A DNA stretch of 64,000 nucleotides from an uncultured virus (IMG/VR IMGVR_UViG_3300034284_002793) (IMGVR_UViG_3300034284_002793:1-64000), one strand, 5' to 3'; counted from the first letter of the stretch, positions 37,184-46,997 are shown. Made by a program: numbers and translations. Notes: generated from the sequence alone by a model not told the origin.

Positions 37184-38658
37184 TACAACAATCCATCTTC
37201 TTGATTTTCATTTTCAAATACGTTAACATCAACATTTCTTGCGTTAACGACATCTTCAAGCGTTCCACATTCGCTAACTTGAAAATTTTCAACCTTATAA
37301 TTAATAAAGTTAGGTTTGTAAGTGACTCTGCCTCGGTCATCGACAACGCGAACAAGATTTGAGTGACCCCTTGCATTTTTACCCTGATAGCGCGTAGCAA
37401 GCTCAATATACTTATGAGTGCCAAACTGGACACCATCTTCAGCCTGCTCTTCGATTGTTTTTCTTCTAAAGATACCAACTTGAGAAGCAAACCACTGTAA
37501 ACGATCTGACTGTGCAATGGCGCTAGAGTCATCTGTGCCACCCTCTGCCGATCTGTTTAATTGACATGCAGTAAGTAGTGGAATGTTTAAGCGCAAATGA
37601 CATTCTTTTAGCTTATCAACCTTTTCTCCAATAAGCTGATATTCTTGCTTATTTCCATCAGATTCTCCTGTAAGCTTAATATAGTCATAAACCACAATTG
37701 CAGGATTTCCACGACCAACATCACCATAATACCAGCGCTGAATCAAAGAAGTAATTTCTTCTGTCTTTTTTCTTGCAACTGTCATGTGCTGAACATGGCC
37801 AAGAGCTTGTTTTAATTCTTGCTTTTTGGATTCAAATTTTGCATACAACTCTCTATTCTTTTTATAATTTCCCGTTTCAAGCCACCACATTGGAACGCCA
37901 GTGATTGCACTTGCAATTCTAAATTTCATATCTTTAGTTTGCATTTCGGTATCCAGAATTAAAGCCTTGCAATTTGGATTAAGCAATGCTGTTTTAAATG
38001 CAATATCATTCAAGATTGTGCTTTTGCCGTGCTTTGGTCGAGACACCCAAGCATATACCTCTCCATTACGAAGACCGCCGTACATTTCATTAAAATTTTT
38101 ATATGGAGTAACGAGACCAGTATCGTTGATAGGATTATCTCCTCGCTCCTCAATCATTTCAACAATGTCATCAAAAAGATCTTCAGGCTTTTCATTAAGA
38201 TTATATGCTGAGATTTTTTCTCCATACATTTTATCAGCCAATGCAACAATTTCATCAGCTTCCATTTCCCCAGCAGAAATCATAGACTGGGCCATGCTTG
38301 AGGCCATTGTGTGTATGTCACGCCTAATAGAAAGTGTTTTTAATCTACGGCATGCATCTTCCAAAGCCTTATCGCTAATCTTAATGTATGAAAGGCTCTG
38401 TAGATAATTTAAAATATCTAAATTTCCTTTATAGGTAATGCCAAGGCTCTGCAGTCTTTCTGAAACGAGAACTGGATCGCTTGACTTATTATGCAAAGCG
38501 CAGTCTTTTAGTATTGCAAATATAGCACCGTGAGGCTTATGAATAAAGTCTTCTTCAGAAATTAAATGAATTAACTCAAGTAGCTTCTTGGGATTCTTTA
38601 AGAACCCTGCTATACAGTGTTTTTCAATTGTTTGATTTGCGATCTTGTCTTGATTCAT
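37183..38658 (-). CDS. dnaB: DnaB-type replicative helicase
   Basis: SRPKHGKS Walker A, DTEM, YDYIK, CQLNR. Confidence 0.93.
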   Translation of the reverse strand: MNQDKIANQTIEKHCIAGFLKNPKKLLELIHLISEEDFIHKPHGAIFAILKDCALHNKSSDPVLVSERLQSLGITYKGNLDILNYLQSLSYIKISDKALEDACRRLKTLSIRRDIHTMASSMAQSMISAGEMEADEIVALADKMYGEKISAYNLNEKPEDLFDDIVEMIEERGDNPINDTGLVTPYKNFNEMYGGLRNGEVYAWVSRPKHGKSTILNDIAFKTALLNPNCKALILDTEMQTKDMKFRIASAITGVPMWWLETGNYKKNRELYAKFESKKQELKQALGHVQHMTVARKKTEEITSLIQRWYYGDVGRGNPAIVVYDYIKLTGESDGNKQEYQLIGEKVDKLKECHLRLNIPLLTACQLNRSAEGGTDDSSAIAQSDRLQWFASQVGIFRRKTIEEQAEDGVQFGTHKYIELATRYQGKNARGHSNLVRVVDDRGRVTYKPNFINYKVENFQVSECGTLEDVVNARNVDVNVFENENQEDGLL

Positions 38659-39269
38659 TGCGGCTTGATTTGGCTATAAATAGGCTTAACAACATTATAG
38701 TGATAACTATCAAAATTGTCAATTTCAATATTACTCATTGTGTGCCAAGTTACAGCAAAATCAGCATATTCTTTGATCATCGGCGAATTTGCTTTTTCTT
38801 CGAAATTGGCTGGGTCAATCAGTTTGTTGTGTTCAATTCTTTCAAGGTGAATTAATTTTCCACCTTGAGATTTAATCCAGTTATGTTCGTCTTGTTCGTA
38901 TTCGGCATATCTAATATCTGGAATAATTGCAATAAATGGTTTATCGCTAGATACAGAATGGGCATCTGCTACAATTTGTTTTTGCAAGATGCTAGTCCAA
39001 TATGTTCCATTGGTTCTTATTCTTTGAATTTTTCCATAGCTAACTAATAGTTCACGAAATTTTGATTTTTCATTCGTGTCTTCTGTCCAAACATTCATTG
39101 AGCATTTTTCAGCCAGAAATTGCTGCATATCTTTTTTAAGCTCATTTGCTAATGAGTATTTTTTAGCAATAAATCCATCGCGTTTAAATAGCTCTATAAG
39201 ACAATTTGCGAACGTATCCTTGCCGACTCTAGCTGCGGCACCAACTCCAATAAGTTTAATTTTATTCAT
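38655..39269 (-). CDS. deoxynucleoside monophosphate kinase
   Basis: G.G.AARVGKDT, RELLV.YG, PDIRY..E. Confidence 0.8.
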   Translation of the reverse strand: MNKIKLIGVGAAARVGKDTFANCLIELFKRDGFIAKKYSLANELKKDMQQFLAEKCSMNVWTEDTNEKSKFRELLVSYGKIQRIRTNGTYWTSILQKQIVADAHSVSSDKPFIAIIPDIRYAEYEQDEHNWIKSQGGKLIHLERIEHNKLIDPANFEEKANSPMIKEYADFAVTWHTMSNIEIDNFDSYHYNVVKPIYSQIKPQ

Positions 39270-39798
39270 GTGCTAAAATTTTCCAATACTTGGGGTCTGC
39301 ATAAATTTCTCCAGAATTAATTTTCATTAAATATTCAACGATTTCACCCCAGGATTCAAATACAAGATCCATATTAATAAGCCCAGCCAACCAAAGTGGA
39401 AATTTTTTCTTATCATCAGTATAAATAAGAATTGGCTTATTCTGCAAAGACGCAATTACAATCTCGTGTATTGTTCCGAAAGTCGGGACTTCTGGATCAA
39501 TTTTTCCAATAATAAAAGTAGAAAGATCAACCATGCGAAGGTCACGGCTAATAACACCTTTCATATATTTAGAAATAGATTTCCAATCACCACATTCTCT
39601 TTGAGTTTTTAACTTATCTCTATCTTCTTGCGTTTCTGTAAGCTGGTTTGCAAAATGGTCATTATTTGGATCGAAACATTTTATGCCAATTTGTTTAACC
39701 GCTTCTGTTATTGTAATACGCCAATCAAAACAATTATCTGAATATTCAATTGGGCCAACCAAATAGCAATAAGAATTTTTTAAAAGTTCAAGATTCAT
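39262..39798 (-). CDS. nucleoside 2-deoxyribosyltransferase-like protein
   Basis: YLVGPI..WR..FDP, DL..VD.S, GT.HE....KP. Confidence 0.8.
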   Translation of the reverse strand: MNLELLKNSYCYLVGPIEYSDNCFDWRITITEAVKQIGIKCFDPNNDHFANQLTETQEDRDKLKTQRECGDWKSISKYMKGVISRDLRMVDLSTFIIGKIDPEVPTFGTIHEIVIASLQNKPILIYTDDKKKFPLWLAGLINMDLVFESWGEIVEYLMKINSGEIYADPKYWKILAHE

Positions 39799-40238
39799 GA
39801 ATCATTATTAAAGCAATATTTGCTCTGTATATCAATATTAAAAGTATTTTGTACCCATTCTAGGCTTAAATTTTTGATATCATTTTCGTTTATTCTAATG
39901 ATAAAAAAGCCATTGTTTTGTAGCCACTCATCTTTTTTTTGGTCGCGCTTCAAGCTATTTAAAAAACCAATTCTATTTTTGTGATGAAATTTTGAAAATG
40001 TATTGTGGAAATTACCATCTGCCTCCACAGCAAACATTTTATCAAAATTAATTAAATCACAATTTAATTTTGTTCCTAGTACGGGAAACTCTTCAACGCA
40101 ATTATCGTACTTCCAGTATTGTTTAAAAAACTGTTTTATATTAAACTGGAATTTACTTTTAGAGCCTTTATCCCAATTAATCCTGTATTTTTTTAACGAT
40201 ACACTTTTTGCCCTACCAAAAACATCTATAAGCCTCAC
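39795..40238 (-). CDS. Vsr/DUF559-like endonuclease
   Basis: EEF..D..AVEADG.FH..RD..K..W....G....R. Confidence 0.75.
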   Translation of the reverse strand: MRLIDVFGRAKSVSLKKYRINWDKGSKSKFQFNIKQFFKQYWKYDNCVEEFPVLGTKLNCDLINFDKMFAVEADGNFHNTFSKFHHKNRIGFLNSLKRDQKKDEWLQNNGFFIIRINENDIKNLSLEWVQNTFNIDIQSKYCFNNDS

Positions 40239-41365
40239 ATTGTTAGATCTTTGAATCTGTCAAAAAGATATTTTTGAATTGGTTCACTATCTTCAATGAA
40301 TTGACGAAGGCCATTAACTCCCTGAATTTTTTCTGGCACTTCAATATTTAAAGATGCAGCCATTTCAGTTCTGAAATTTGGTTCTAGTTCAAACCATGCC
40401 CCTTTGCCATTTGGTTTGTAGGCAATTTCCCAAAGCTGAAGTAGATCTGCTAGCTCATAGCTTGTCCAAACGCTTTTGCCGCCTTTTTGGCCATAACGAA
40501 TTGGGTATTTAACTTCAACCATATTCTTTTCGTTATTGCTCTTTACAATCTTGGCTTTGGCAAAATGGCCAACTACTTTACTGCCCTTTTCTCCTTCATG
40601 GATCAAGTCTCCACCAAATCGTGGAAGAAATTCAATAACAACGTCTGCTTGGTGTTCAAGCGCTCTTGGACCACTTGCCTTGCCCTGCTTTGGAATTGCA
40701 ATTTCGTATGGATTAATTTTAATCTGATCACGAATTTGTGAAATATAAATATCTACGTGACCACGCTTTGCCATTGCCAAGCCAACCTTTTTAAGAAAGA
40801 CAGATGTAATCAAGCTTCCGCCGCCAACAGTAATAGATTCATCTTCAGCTTTTTTAGCATCATCTCTTTTGATCAGAGAATCAACCGAGTCAGTAATAAA
40901 AAAGTATTCTGTGTTTGTTGGATTATTTGTAATAAGGTCTCGTTTTAATTTAAAAACAGCCTCGTAAATATTACTTTCAAATACGAAACATGAGCCGTCT
41001 ATCCACTCTGCTGTATTATAAACAAATTTAATACCTGATCTATCTCTTATTTCTTCAGAAAGGCGCCCCTCACTTTTGATAAAGATTCCTCTGCGTTTTC
41101 TTGAACGGTCATTCAAGAAATGGTGCATAAAATCAAGGGATGCGCTGGTTTTGCCACCAGAAGCAAGACCAACGAACCTGTGAGCGCCAGGCCCTAGGCC
41201 GCCACTCAGCATAGAGGTAAGAAGAAGGCTGGAGCATCCAACTTTGTAGTCGTGTGCCTCTTCATAGTTATAGTGATCTTCTTTTGTTGATTTTAAGATA
41301 GATTCCAGCTGATCTTCTGGAGCCATTACTTTTTCTGTTTCTGTTGAAATTTTACCTTTAGCCAT
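40235..41365 (-). CDS. recA: RecA/UvsX-like recombinase
   Basis: GLASGGKT Walker A, TDSVDSL Walker B, ISQIR, G.RALEH. Confidence 0.85.
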   Translation of the reverse strand: MAKGKISTETEKVMAPEDQLESILKSTKEDHYNYEEAHDYKVGCSSLLLTSMLSGGLGPGAHRFVGLASGGKTSASLDFMHHFLNDRSRKRRGIFIKSEGRLSEEIRDRSGIKFVYNTAEWIDGSCFVFESNIYEAVFKLKRDLITNNPTNTEYFFITDSVDSLIKRDDAKKAEDESITVGGGSLITSVFLKKVGLAMAKRGHVDIYISQIRDQIKINPYEIAIPKQGKASGPRALEHQADVVIEFLPRFGGDLIHEGEKGSKVVGHFAKAKIVKSNNEKNMVEVKYPIRYGQKGGKSVWTSYELADLLQLWEIAYKPNGKGAWFELEPNFRTEMAASLNIEVPEKIQGVNGLRQFIEDSEPIQKYLFDRFKDLTM

Positions 41366-41367
41366 AG

Positions 41368-41730
41368 TTATTTTTTCCAAATTTTTAAGAAATCATTAAG
41401 TGATTTTAACTTTTCTTTTTTTGGTTCTTCAGTTAGTATAGCAGGTTTTATTTCTTTTTCAATATCTTCTTCTATTTCAAAATGCTTTATTTTTTCTGGA
41501 TTGAATTTGTATTTAGCCCACTCCTCTTTAAGGAATTTATCACCATTTGGAGTAATAAACCAAGCAAGGCTGGGAATTTTAAACTTTAATTCAAGGCCCA
41601 TCCAGAAAGCTTCATCCTCATGTTTAGAGGAAAGCTGATTCATTATTTTCATTTCTCTTGGCCAATTGGTATGTTTGCCAAGATGTTTGGATATAAATGA
41701 TTTTTTAAATGAACTGCTATTTTTTTGCAC
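41368..41730 (-). CDS. hypothetical protein, first gene of the replication operon
   Basis: GTG start just behind a TTGACT promoter. Confidence 0.7.
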   Translation of the reverse strand: MQKNSSSFKKSFISKHLGKHTNWPREMKIMNQLSSKHEDEAFWMGLELKFKIPSLAWFITPNGDKFLKEEWAKYKFNPEKIKHFEIEEDIEKEIKPAILTEEPKKEKLKSLNDFLKIWKK

Positions 41731-41781
41731 TTATCATTTTTACAATAAGTTTTAAAATAAGTCAATTAATTTTAAATTTGA

Positions 41782-42357
41782 TTAAAGCACACAATCTTTC
41801 GTAGTCTCGTGTATAAAATCCCATTTTTTAGTATAAGTTTTGCCAGGCACACTTATAGATTGGGTAATGGTATCGATACCAAAACTTCCGCCGCAAGCGC
41901 CTCCACCGGAGGCTCCGCCACCAGCGGTTTGGGTGAAATAGGAGTTTTTAAATGTCACATTAAATGTTTTTGACTCATCAGTTCCAGAATCCCACTGTGG
42001 CTGAGCTGGCTCAATTCGACTATCATAATTTGTTCTTTCGTTTCCACATACACATGGTGGAAGTGGCCCATCCGGAGAACATGTTTCTGTGCCACCAACA
42101 GGATCTTCAACCGTTTCTCCAATTTCGGGATCAAATTCAATATCAAAAGGCTCATCCGTGTATCTTTTAAAGCAGCCAGACGAGTCAGGTTGGCCATCTG
42201 CTGGTCTCGACACGCTTGGCGTCCCATTTGGGACCCATTTCTTTTGAATGTATGGTGTTGTGCATATTTTTGCTCCACCGCCGCCACCGCCAGAACATGG
42301 GCAGGCGGATAAAAATTTTGAAACACCAAATTTTTTATCGTTTAATAATAAATTCAT
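41782..42357 (-). CDS. Cys/Gly-rich hypothetical protein
   Basis: CPCSGGGGGG, nine Cys. Confidence 0.7.
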   Translation of the reverse strand: MNLLLNDKKFGVSKFLSACPCSGGGGGGAKICTTPYIQKKWVPNGTPSVSRPADGQPDSSGCFKRYTDEPFDIEFDPEIGETVEDPVGGTETCSPDGPLPPCVCGNERTNYDSRIEPAQPQWDSGTDESKTFNVTFKNSYFTQTAGGGASGGGACGGSFGIDTITQSISVPGKTYTKKWDFIHETTKDCVL

Positions 42358-42361
42358 AATT

Positions 42362-42904
42362 TTATTGCACGTTAAGCCTTAAAAGGCAATATCCATTAGC
42401 CGTATTTTCGCTAACTTGGCTCAAAAATGTGCCTATGCGATTTACACCATTGGTGGCAACCCTGCCGTTTGTTCCAGCATATGCAGCTGCGCCAATCGTT
42501 GGGTATCCACCAATGCTTGCATCAATATCATTAATAAGAACAATCCCCTTTGTCAAAATTGGAACTGCTTGCTGTGGTAGAACAGCATCTCTTTCAGCAA
42601 GAAGCTGTGGTTCCCAGATTAATGGCGTTCCGTTTTCATCAGTTTCAATAACATTTTTCAAAAGAACACCAATGGCTAAATCAGTAGCCGATGTTGTTTT
42701 TGTTACTTTGCCAACTGGTACAAATGATGATGACATTGTGTTTCCAATGCTGGAAAGGTTTGAAAGAGAAAGACCCTCACCATACGCATCTTTCCAATTT
42801 GTATCGATTTTTACCAATGTTCCGGCTGTTGCTGTACCATCATAAGCAAAAAGATTGATAACATCGTGTTGGCTGAAATCTCTAAATGGTTTTAAGTTTG
42901 GCAT
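42362..42904 (-). CDS. capsid decoration/cement-like protein
   Basis: L.PFRD...DVINLF..DENG..L..Q.VP.LTKG; recalled as a family usually next to capsid genes. Confidence 0.5.
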   Translation of the reverse strand: MPNLKPFRDFSQHDVINLFAYDGTATAGTLVKIDTNWKDAYGEGLSLSNLSSIGNTMSSSFVPVGKVTKTTSATDLAIGVLLKNVIETDENGTPLIWEPQLLAERDAVLPQQAVPILTKGIVLINDIDASIGGYPTIGAAAYAGTNGRVATNGVNRIGTFLSQVSENTANGYCLLRLNVQ

Positions 42905-42935
42905 ATTTTTATTATTTAATAGTTATAGTTTAATT

Positions 42936-45302
42936 TTATGCTTGTCCGGTCGCATATGGGCGCAATCTTTTTCTGATTTGTTGACCGGGCTCGGCACTTT
43001 CTGGAATATTCACATAAGAAAATTCACCAGACTTTAGCCAAGTAAGTTTTTGCTTGAATTTTTGCAAACGTCTCCATTTTTTATTTTTATATGTAAGTCC
43101 GCCAGAGGCCGCATCATTGTTGTAATTATATTCACTTGGAAATATTTTATTTACAAGCTGTAATATTTTTGAATTAATTTGCTTAATTGCTGCTGTTTTG
43201 GCAATATTTCTTGCATCATTCTCGGTTGGGCCTGACTTATAGGCTGTATAAACTAGATTGTTATAATCATCAATTGCATGGCGATAAGGATTTCTTTTTT
43301 GATGCCATGGTACCTCTCCGGAGACGATATATTGTGCTGATGGATTTGGAAATATTGTGTGTGCTCCAGCTGGGCTAATTCCTGTTTGTAGAACTTTATC
43401 AATACTGTCTAGGGTTCCATAGCCAGAATAAATAACTGAAATATTTCTATCATTTACAATTCCAATTTCAGTGTCAAGCGTGCAAGAAACCAACTCTACG
43501 GAAAATCTAACTCCTGAGGGGATTATTCCATTCCATGTTCCTGTAGCGATAACTTTATTATTATTTTTATATAATTGATTGTAAAATTTATAAAAATATG
43601 TATCTTTTAATGGATCTGCTTGTTTGAAGTGTCCATTAGGATTTATTGCATATTTTGTTCCAGTTGCTGTTCTGGTTGGGATTTGTATTCCAGAATTCAG
43701 TATTGTTTGGTAAGTTATTGATCTGCCACTGATAATGTATCCGCTCCATGCATTGCCTGTTGGCGCTGGGAGTTGTGTTTCTGGAGACATTCCTGTTGTT
43801 GCTGCTCTCCAAGCGCTATAAATAGGAACTTGATATGTATAATTTGTTTTGTATATGCCTTCTGGTAGCACCCTGCCGTCATCAATATACCGTGAATCAG
43901 GAATTAATGATGGCATTTGGAGCAGCTTTGAAAGCATTTTTCTTTCTTTTCTGCAGGTTTTAAAAGCGGATACTACCGGAGATTTAACTGATGCGCGATT
44001 CAGGTTAATTCCTGATGCTGCTCTTGGGTGACCGCTAGCAGGTATCCAAACCCCATCAAGCTTTCTTGGATCTGTTTTTTTCCAATCAGTTAGACTGTTT
44101 GGTTGATATATATATACAACGCCTCTTTGCCCCGTGTTTGTTGAGAGATTTACGTTTCCGCTTAGGCAAATAGCCCATGCGCCACTACCATATGGTGTAG
44201 ATATTGTACTATCAAAATATACTTGCCTTGCTGGTTTTTCAATGTTATAAAATCTTAACCTGCTAGTATCCTCTGATGGAATTGGTGACTCTTTATAATT
44301 TCCATTTAGCGTATCAAGATATCCATATTTTCCGCAACCAATAAATCCTGTTGTTCCAGAACCATACCATGAAGACTGATCGATGGTGGCCAATGAGTCT
44401 GCACCAGGAACAACAGTTTTAGTTAGTAACTGTGTTTCTGTGTATAGATCTTCAATAGTGTTTAAAAAACCAGTTTCTATAGTGTGAGGGCTCACATAGC
44501 AAATTGTTTTTTGTTCAGCATCACCAGTTGATATTAGTAATAGCCCGTTTATTGATTGTTCCGTTGGCGATTGGCCATTGTCTTGGTTAAATTTAGGAGC
44601 CAATTTGACTGGTACATTAAAAACTGGACTATCATAAACAGATACTGCGTTTGGATATGGGATATTGAACCCACTAAGATTCATATTATCATATGGTGAT
44701 TGTTGCTGTCCAGATTGAAATTGAGTGGATTGCTTATGCCAGCGATAGTATGCCTTTCTTGATTCCTCTTTTGATAATTTTCCTACAAATTTTGGGGAAA
44801 GTTCTTGTTTGCCAGAGCGTGTTTGGATTTCAATATCTAATGTGTTTGATGCTTTTTCTGGAAAGCGAAATCTTGCATATGAGAATGAATTTTTATTAAA
44901 TACGCGTTTTACAACTTTTTCTTCTGACCATGGCTTGAAAAAATTATTGTCTTTATAGCTATAATATTCTGAAGGAAAATGTATTTCCGATAATTGTCCT
45001 ACTAGTGGGGTGTTAATGCGATATCTTACAAGAAAGTGCTCTGAAGCAATGGTCTGCCTCCATGTTTTTAAAACTTTTACTTGTGCGCTATTTCCAAGCG
45101 TGCCTTCTACTGGTTTTCTAATTACTAGATATGGATTGGTCTTTCTTAATGGGCCAACATTTTCTAAATCCAAGAAAGCAGATTTTAGATTAAAAACTGC
45201 TGTTTTTTGCTGGTCTGTGAAGCCAATGTCTTCACCAGCCTTTGTATAGGCGCCAAAGCCTAGCTTTTGCAGGTCTTCTTTGGAAATAGAAAAATTATCC
45301 AT
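42936..45302 (-). CDS. large hypothetical, probably virion protein
   Basis: 788-aa ORF rich in SG/TG dipeptides like the structural genes. Confidence 0.7.
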   Translation of the reverse strand: MDNFSISKEDLQKLGFGAYTKAGEDIGFTDQQKTAVFNLKSAFLDLENVGPLRKTNPYLVIRKPVEGTLGNSAQVKVLKTWRQTIASEHFLVRYRINTPLVGQLSEIHFPSEYYSYKDNNFFKPWSEEKVVKRVFNKNSFSYARFRFPEKASNTLDIEIQTRSGKQELSPKFVGKLSKEESRKAYYRWHKQSTQFQSGQQQSPYDNMNLSGFNIPYPNAVSVYDSPVFNVPVKLAPKFNQDNGQSPTEQSINGLLLISTGDAEQKTICYVSPHTIETGFLNTIEDLYTETQLLTKTVVPGADSLATIDQSSWYGSGTTGFIGCGKYGYLDTLNGNYKESPIPSEDTSRLRFYNIEKPARQVYFDSTISTPYGSGAWAICLSGNVNLSTNTGQRGVVYIYQPNSLTDWKKTDPRKLDGVWIPASGHPRAASGINLNRASVKSPVVSAFKTCRKERKMLSKLLQMPSLIPDSRYIDDGRVLPEGIYKTNYTYQVPIYSAWRAATTGMSPETQLPAPTGNAWSGYIISGRSITYQTILNSGIQIPTRTATGTKYAINPNGHFKQADPLKDTYFYKFYNQLYKNNNKVIATGTWNGIIPSGVRFSVELVSCTLDTEIGIVNDRNISVIYSGYGTLDSIDKVLQTGISPAGAHTIFPNPSAQYIVSGEVPWHQKRNPYRHAIDDYNNLVYTAYKSGPTENDARNIAKTAAIKQINSKILQLVNKIFPSEYNYNNDAASGGLTYKNKKWRRLQKFKQKLTWLKSGEFSYVNIPESAEPGQQIRKRLRPYATGQA

Positions 45303-45329
45303 AAATTTTTAAAATTTTTTTTGATCTTT

Positions 45330-45716
45330 TAACGTCCGTTCTTAAACACTCCTATCTAGTCAAGTCATTTTATCCGTCCTGGCTTCTCAATCTGTTACCC
45401 TGGGGACAAGGCTGAGTTTACTTCTAGACGAATCCTCTCGGTGGACCTAACATTCTCAGAATGTGATCGATCAATTTGTTATCGTACAGTTGTTTATACC
45501 ATACATCTATATATTTCTATATAGTTCAGACTATATCTTGGTACCAAAAGTTAATTTGGCACACAGGGCGCTCTTGGGCAGTTTTATTGTTGGGACTCAA
45601 CCGCCTAGTCGTTACACCTTCTGTCCTATCTTTCCCAGACAGCTTGGCTCGGTATTGTCTTTTTGGCAAGTTATTCACCAACGAAGATATCCACCGAATT
45701 CACCCCGTAAACGCTA
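45330..45716 (-). ncRNA. ORF-less group I intron ribozyme (P7.1-containing, IA-like), not within a gene; candidate permuted form
   Basis: P AATTCGGTGGA (45700-45690), Q AATACCGAGCCAAG, R GTAACGACTA, S AAGATATAGTC (45539-45529); P3 CGGGGTG/CGCCCTG, P7 GACTA/TAGTC, P9 CTATATA-GAAA-TATATAG; terminal G 45472. Confidence 0.88.
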
Positions 45717-45724
45717 TTTAAATT

Positions 45725-45771
45725 TTTTAAAGAACTTGAGTAGATTTTACTACTAGCAAATACAATTACAC
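45725..45771 (-). promoter_or_regulatory. GTGTAA promoter motif, hairpin and boxA-like element
   Basis: GTGTAA (45771-45766), AGTAG-TAAAAT-CTACT hairpin, GTTCTTTAAAA (45735-45725). Confidence 0.6.
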
Positions 45772-45786
45772 TAAAAAATGTAGCTT

Positions 45787-45999
45787 TTACCTTTTGTTAT
45801 CATTTTTTTCAAAATCCCAGCAGTAATGACAAATTTCTGGAGTTACTTTAAATATATCCCTTTTTAAACATTTATAGCCAGAGTCTGTATAATCTCCGCC
45901 TTGACAGCTGCATCTACGGACAGTAACAGTTTCTTCTTTTTCAGATTTGTGCTTGCAGTTTTCGAATTTATATTCGCCCGTCATATTTTCTTCGCTCAT
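45787..45999 (-). CDS. small Cys-rich protein
   Basis: C.H..CSC..C..C..C. Confidence 0.7.
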   Translation of the reverse strand: MSEENMTGEYKFENCKHKSEKEETVTVRRCSCQGGDYTDSGYKCLKRDIFKVTPEICHYCWDFEKNDNKR

Positions 46000-46964
46000 A
46001 GGTTTTCAATTATTGAATAATTTGCGTCTTGAAATCCACCATTTAAAAATAGTTTAGATGTATCTGATACATTACATGCAGACCCATTCAGTTTGCAAAA
46101 AACATCAGAAAAATATTCAGCACTGCAAGATGTTAAATATGAAGACATGCTTAGCCTATTAATAAAACTATCTTCACTTTCCTCCATTGCCTTTGTATAG
46201 CTTTTTGGCATATTATCATCTAAATTTAAAATTCTATCTGAAAAATTAATTAAAATTGGCATAATTTGATCGTATTTGTCGTAAACCAGCTCTGCTGTTT
46301 TTGCATAATCTTGGCCATTTACTTTAAGATCTAATTTTGGGTACTCATTGTATCCCCATTCAAACACATATGAGATATCATTTGTATAAAATTCGCCAGA
46401 AAAATTATCTCTTACGATAAACTTATCAAAAGATTTTATATTTAAAAACACTGCCGTATTAAAAATTAAATTAAATGCTTGATTAATATAAAATTTCTTT
46501 GCTAATTCTGGCTGATCTTTGAATTTTGGCCCAGAGCATTTAATTGAGAAAAATTTTGCTTTTTTTAAAATTCCTCCTGACATCAATCGCGCAAAATCTT
46601 GATCTAAAAAATATGGAAAATTACAATAAAATATTTTTTGGCTATTTGATTTTTTTAATAAAAGATCGTATATCTCTTTTCTCTCTGATATAGAATTACA
46701 AACAGGTGATTCGCATATAATATGTTTATTAAGCTCTATACCGCTTTTGAGATATTCAAATTGAGATTCTCTTGGTGTGGCAACATACCACATGTCTGAA
46801 TTATTTAAAATTTCTTTTTTATTAGATTCATCAGTAGATGTATTTATTGATCCAATAATTTCATATCTGCTGATAAGGCTGGCAACATTTTGGACTTGGG
46901 AGCCCCACTCGCCATTACCAATAATAGCAACTTTTATTTTAGACTTGGCTAATTGAGAATCCAT
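45996..46964 (-). CDS. Gfo/Idh/MocA-like oxidoreductase (divergent)
   Basis: KVAIIG.G.WG, VATP, HIICESP (EKP-like). Confidence 0.7.
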   Translation of the reverse strand: MDSQLAKSKIKVAIIGNGEWGSQVQNVASLISRYEIIGSINTSTDESNKKEILNNSDMWYVATPRESQFEYLKSGIELNKHIICESPVCNSISERKEIYDLLLKKSNSQKIFYCNFPYFLDQDFARLMSGGILKKAKFFSIKCSGPKFKDQPELAKKFYINQAFNLIFNTAVFLNIKSFDKFIVRDNFSGEFYTNDISYVFEWGYNEYPKLDLKVNGQDYAKTAELVYDKYDQIMPILINFSDRILNLDDNMPKSYTKAMEESEDSFINRLSMSSYLTSCSAEYFSDVFCKLNGSACNVSDTSKLFLNGGFQDANYSIIENL

Positions 46965-46997
46965 ATGTTTAATATTATATGTGTCTTTTGTAACAAA

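Noticed and set aside
45463..45756. 97-aa and 81-aa + strand ORFs
   Set aside because: Antisense to the group I core; no homing endonuclease motifs.
45303..45999. Conventional intron joining the 70-aa ORF to the 788-aa ORF
   Set aside because: The upstream ORF stops before the promoter motif, and the sequence after the terminal G has an in-frame TGA.
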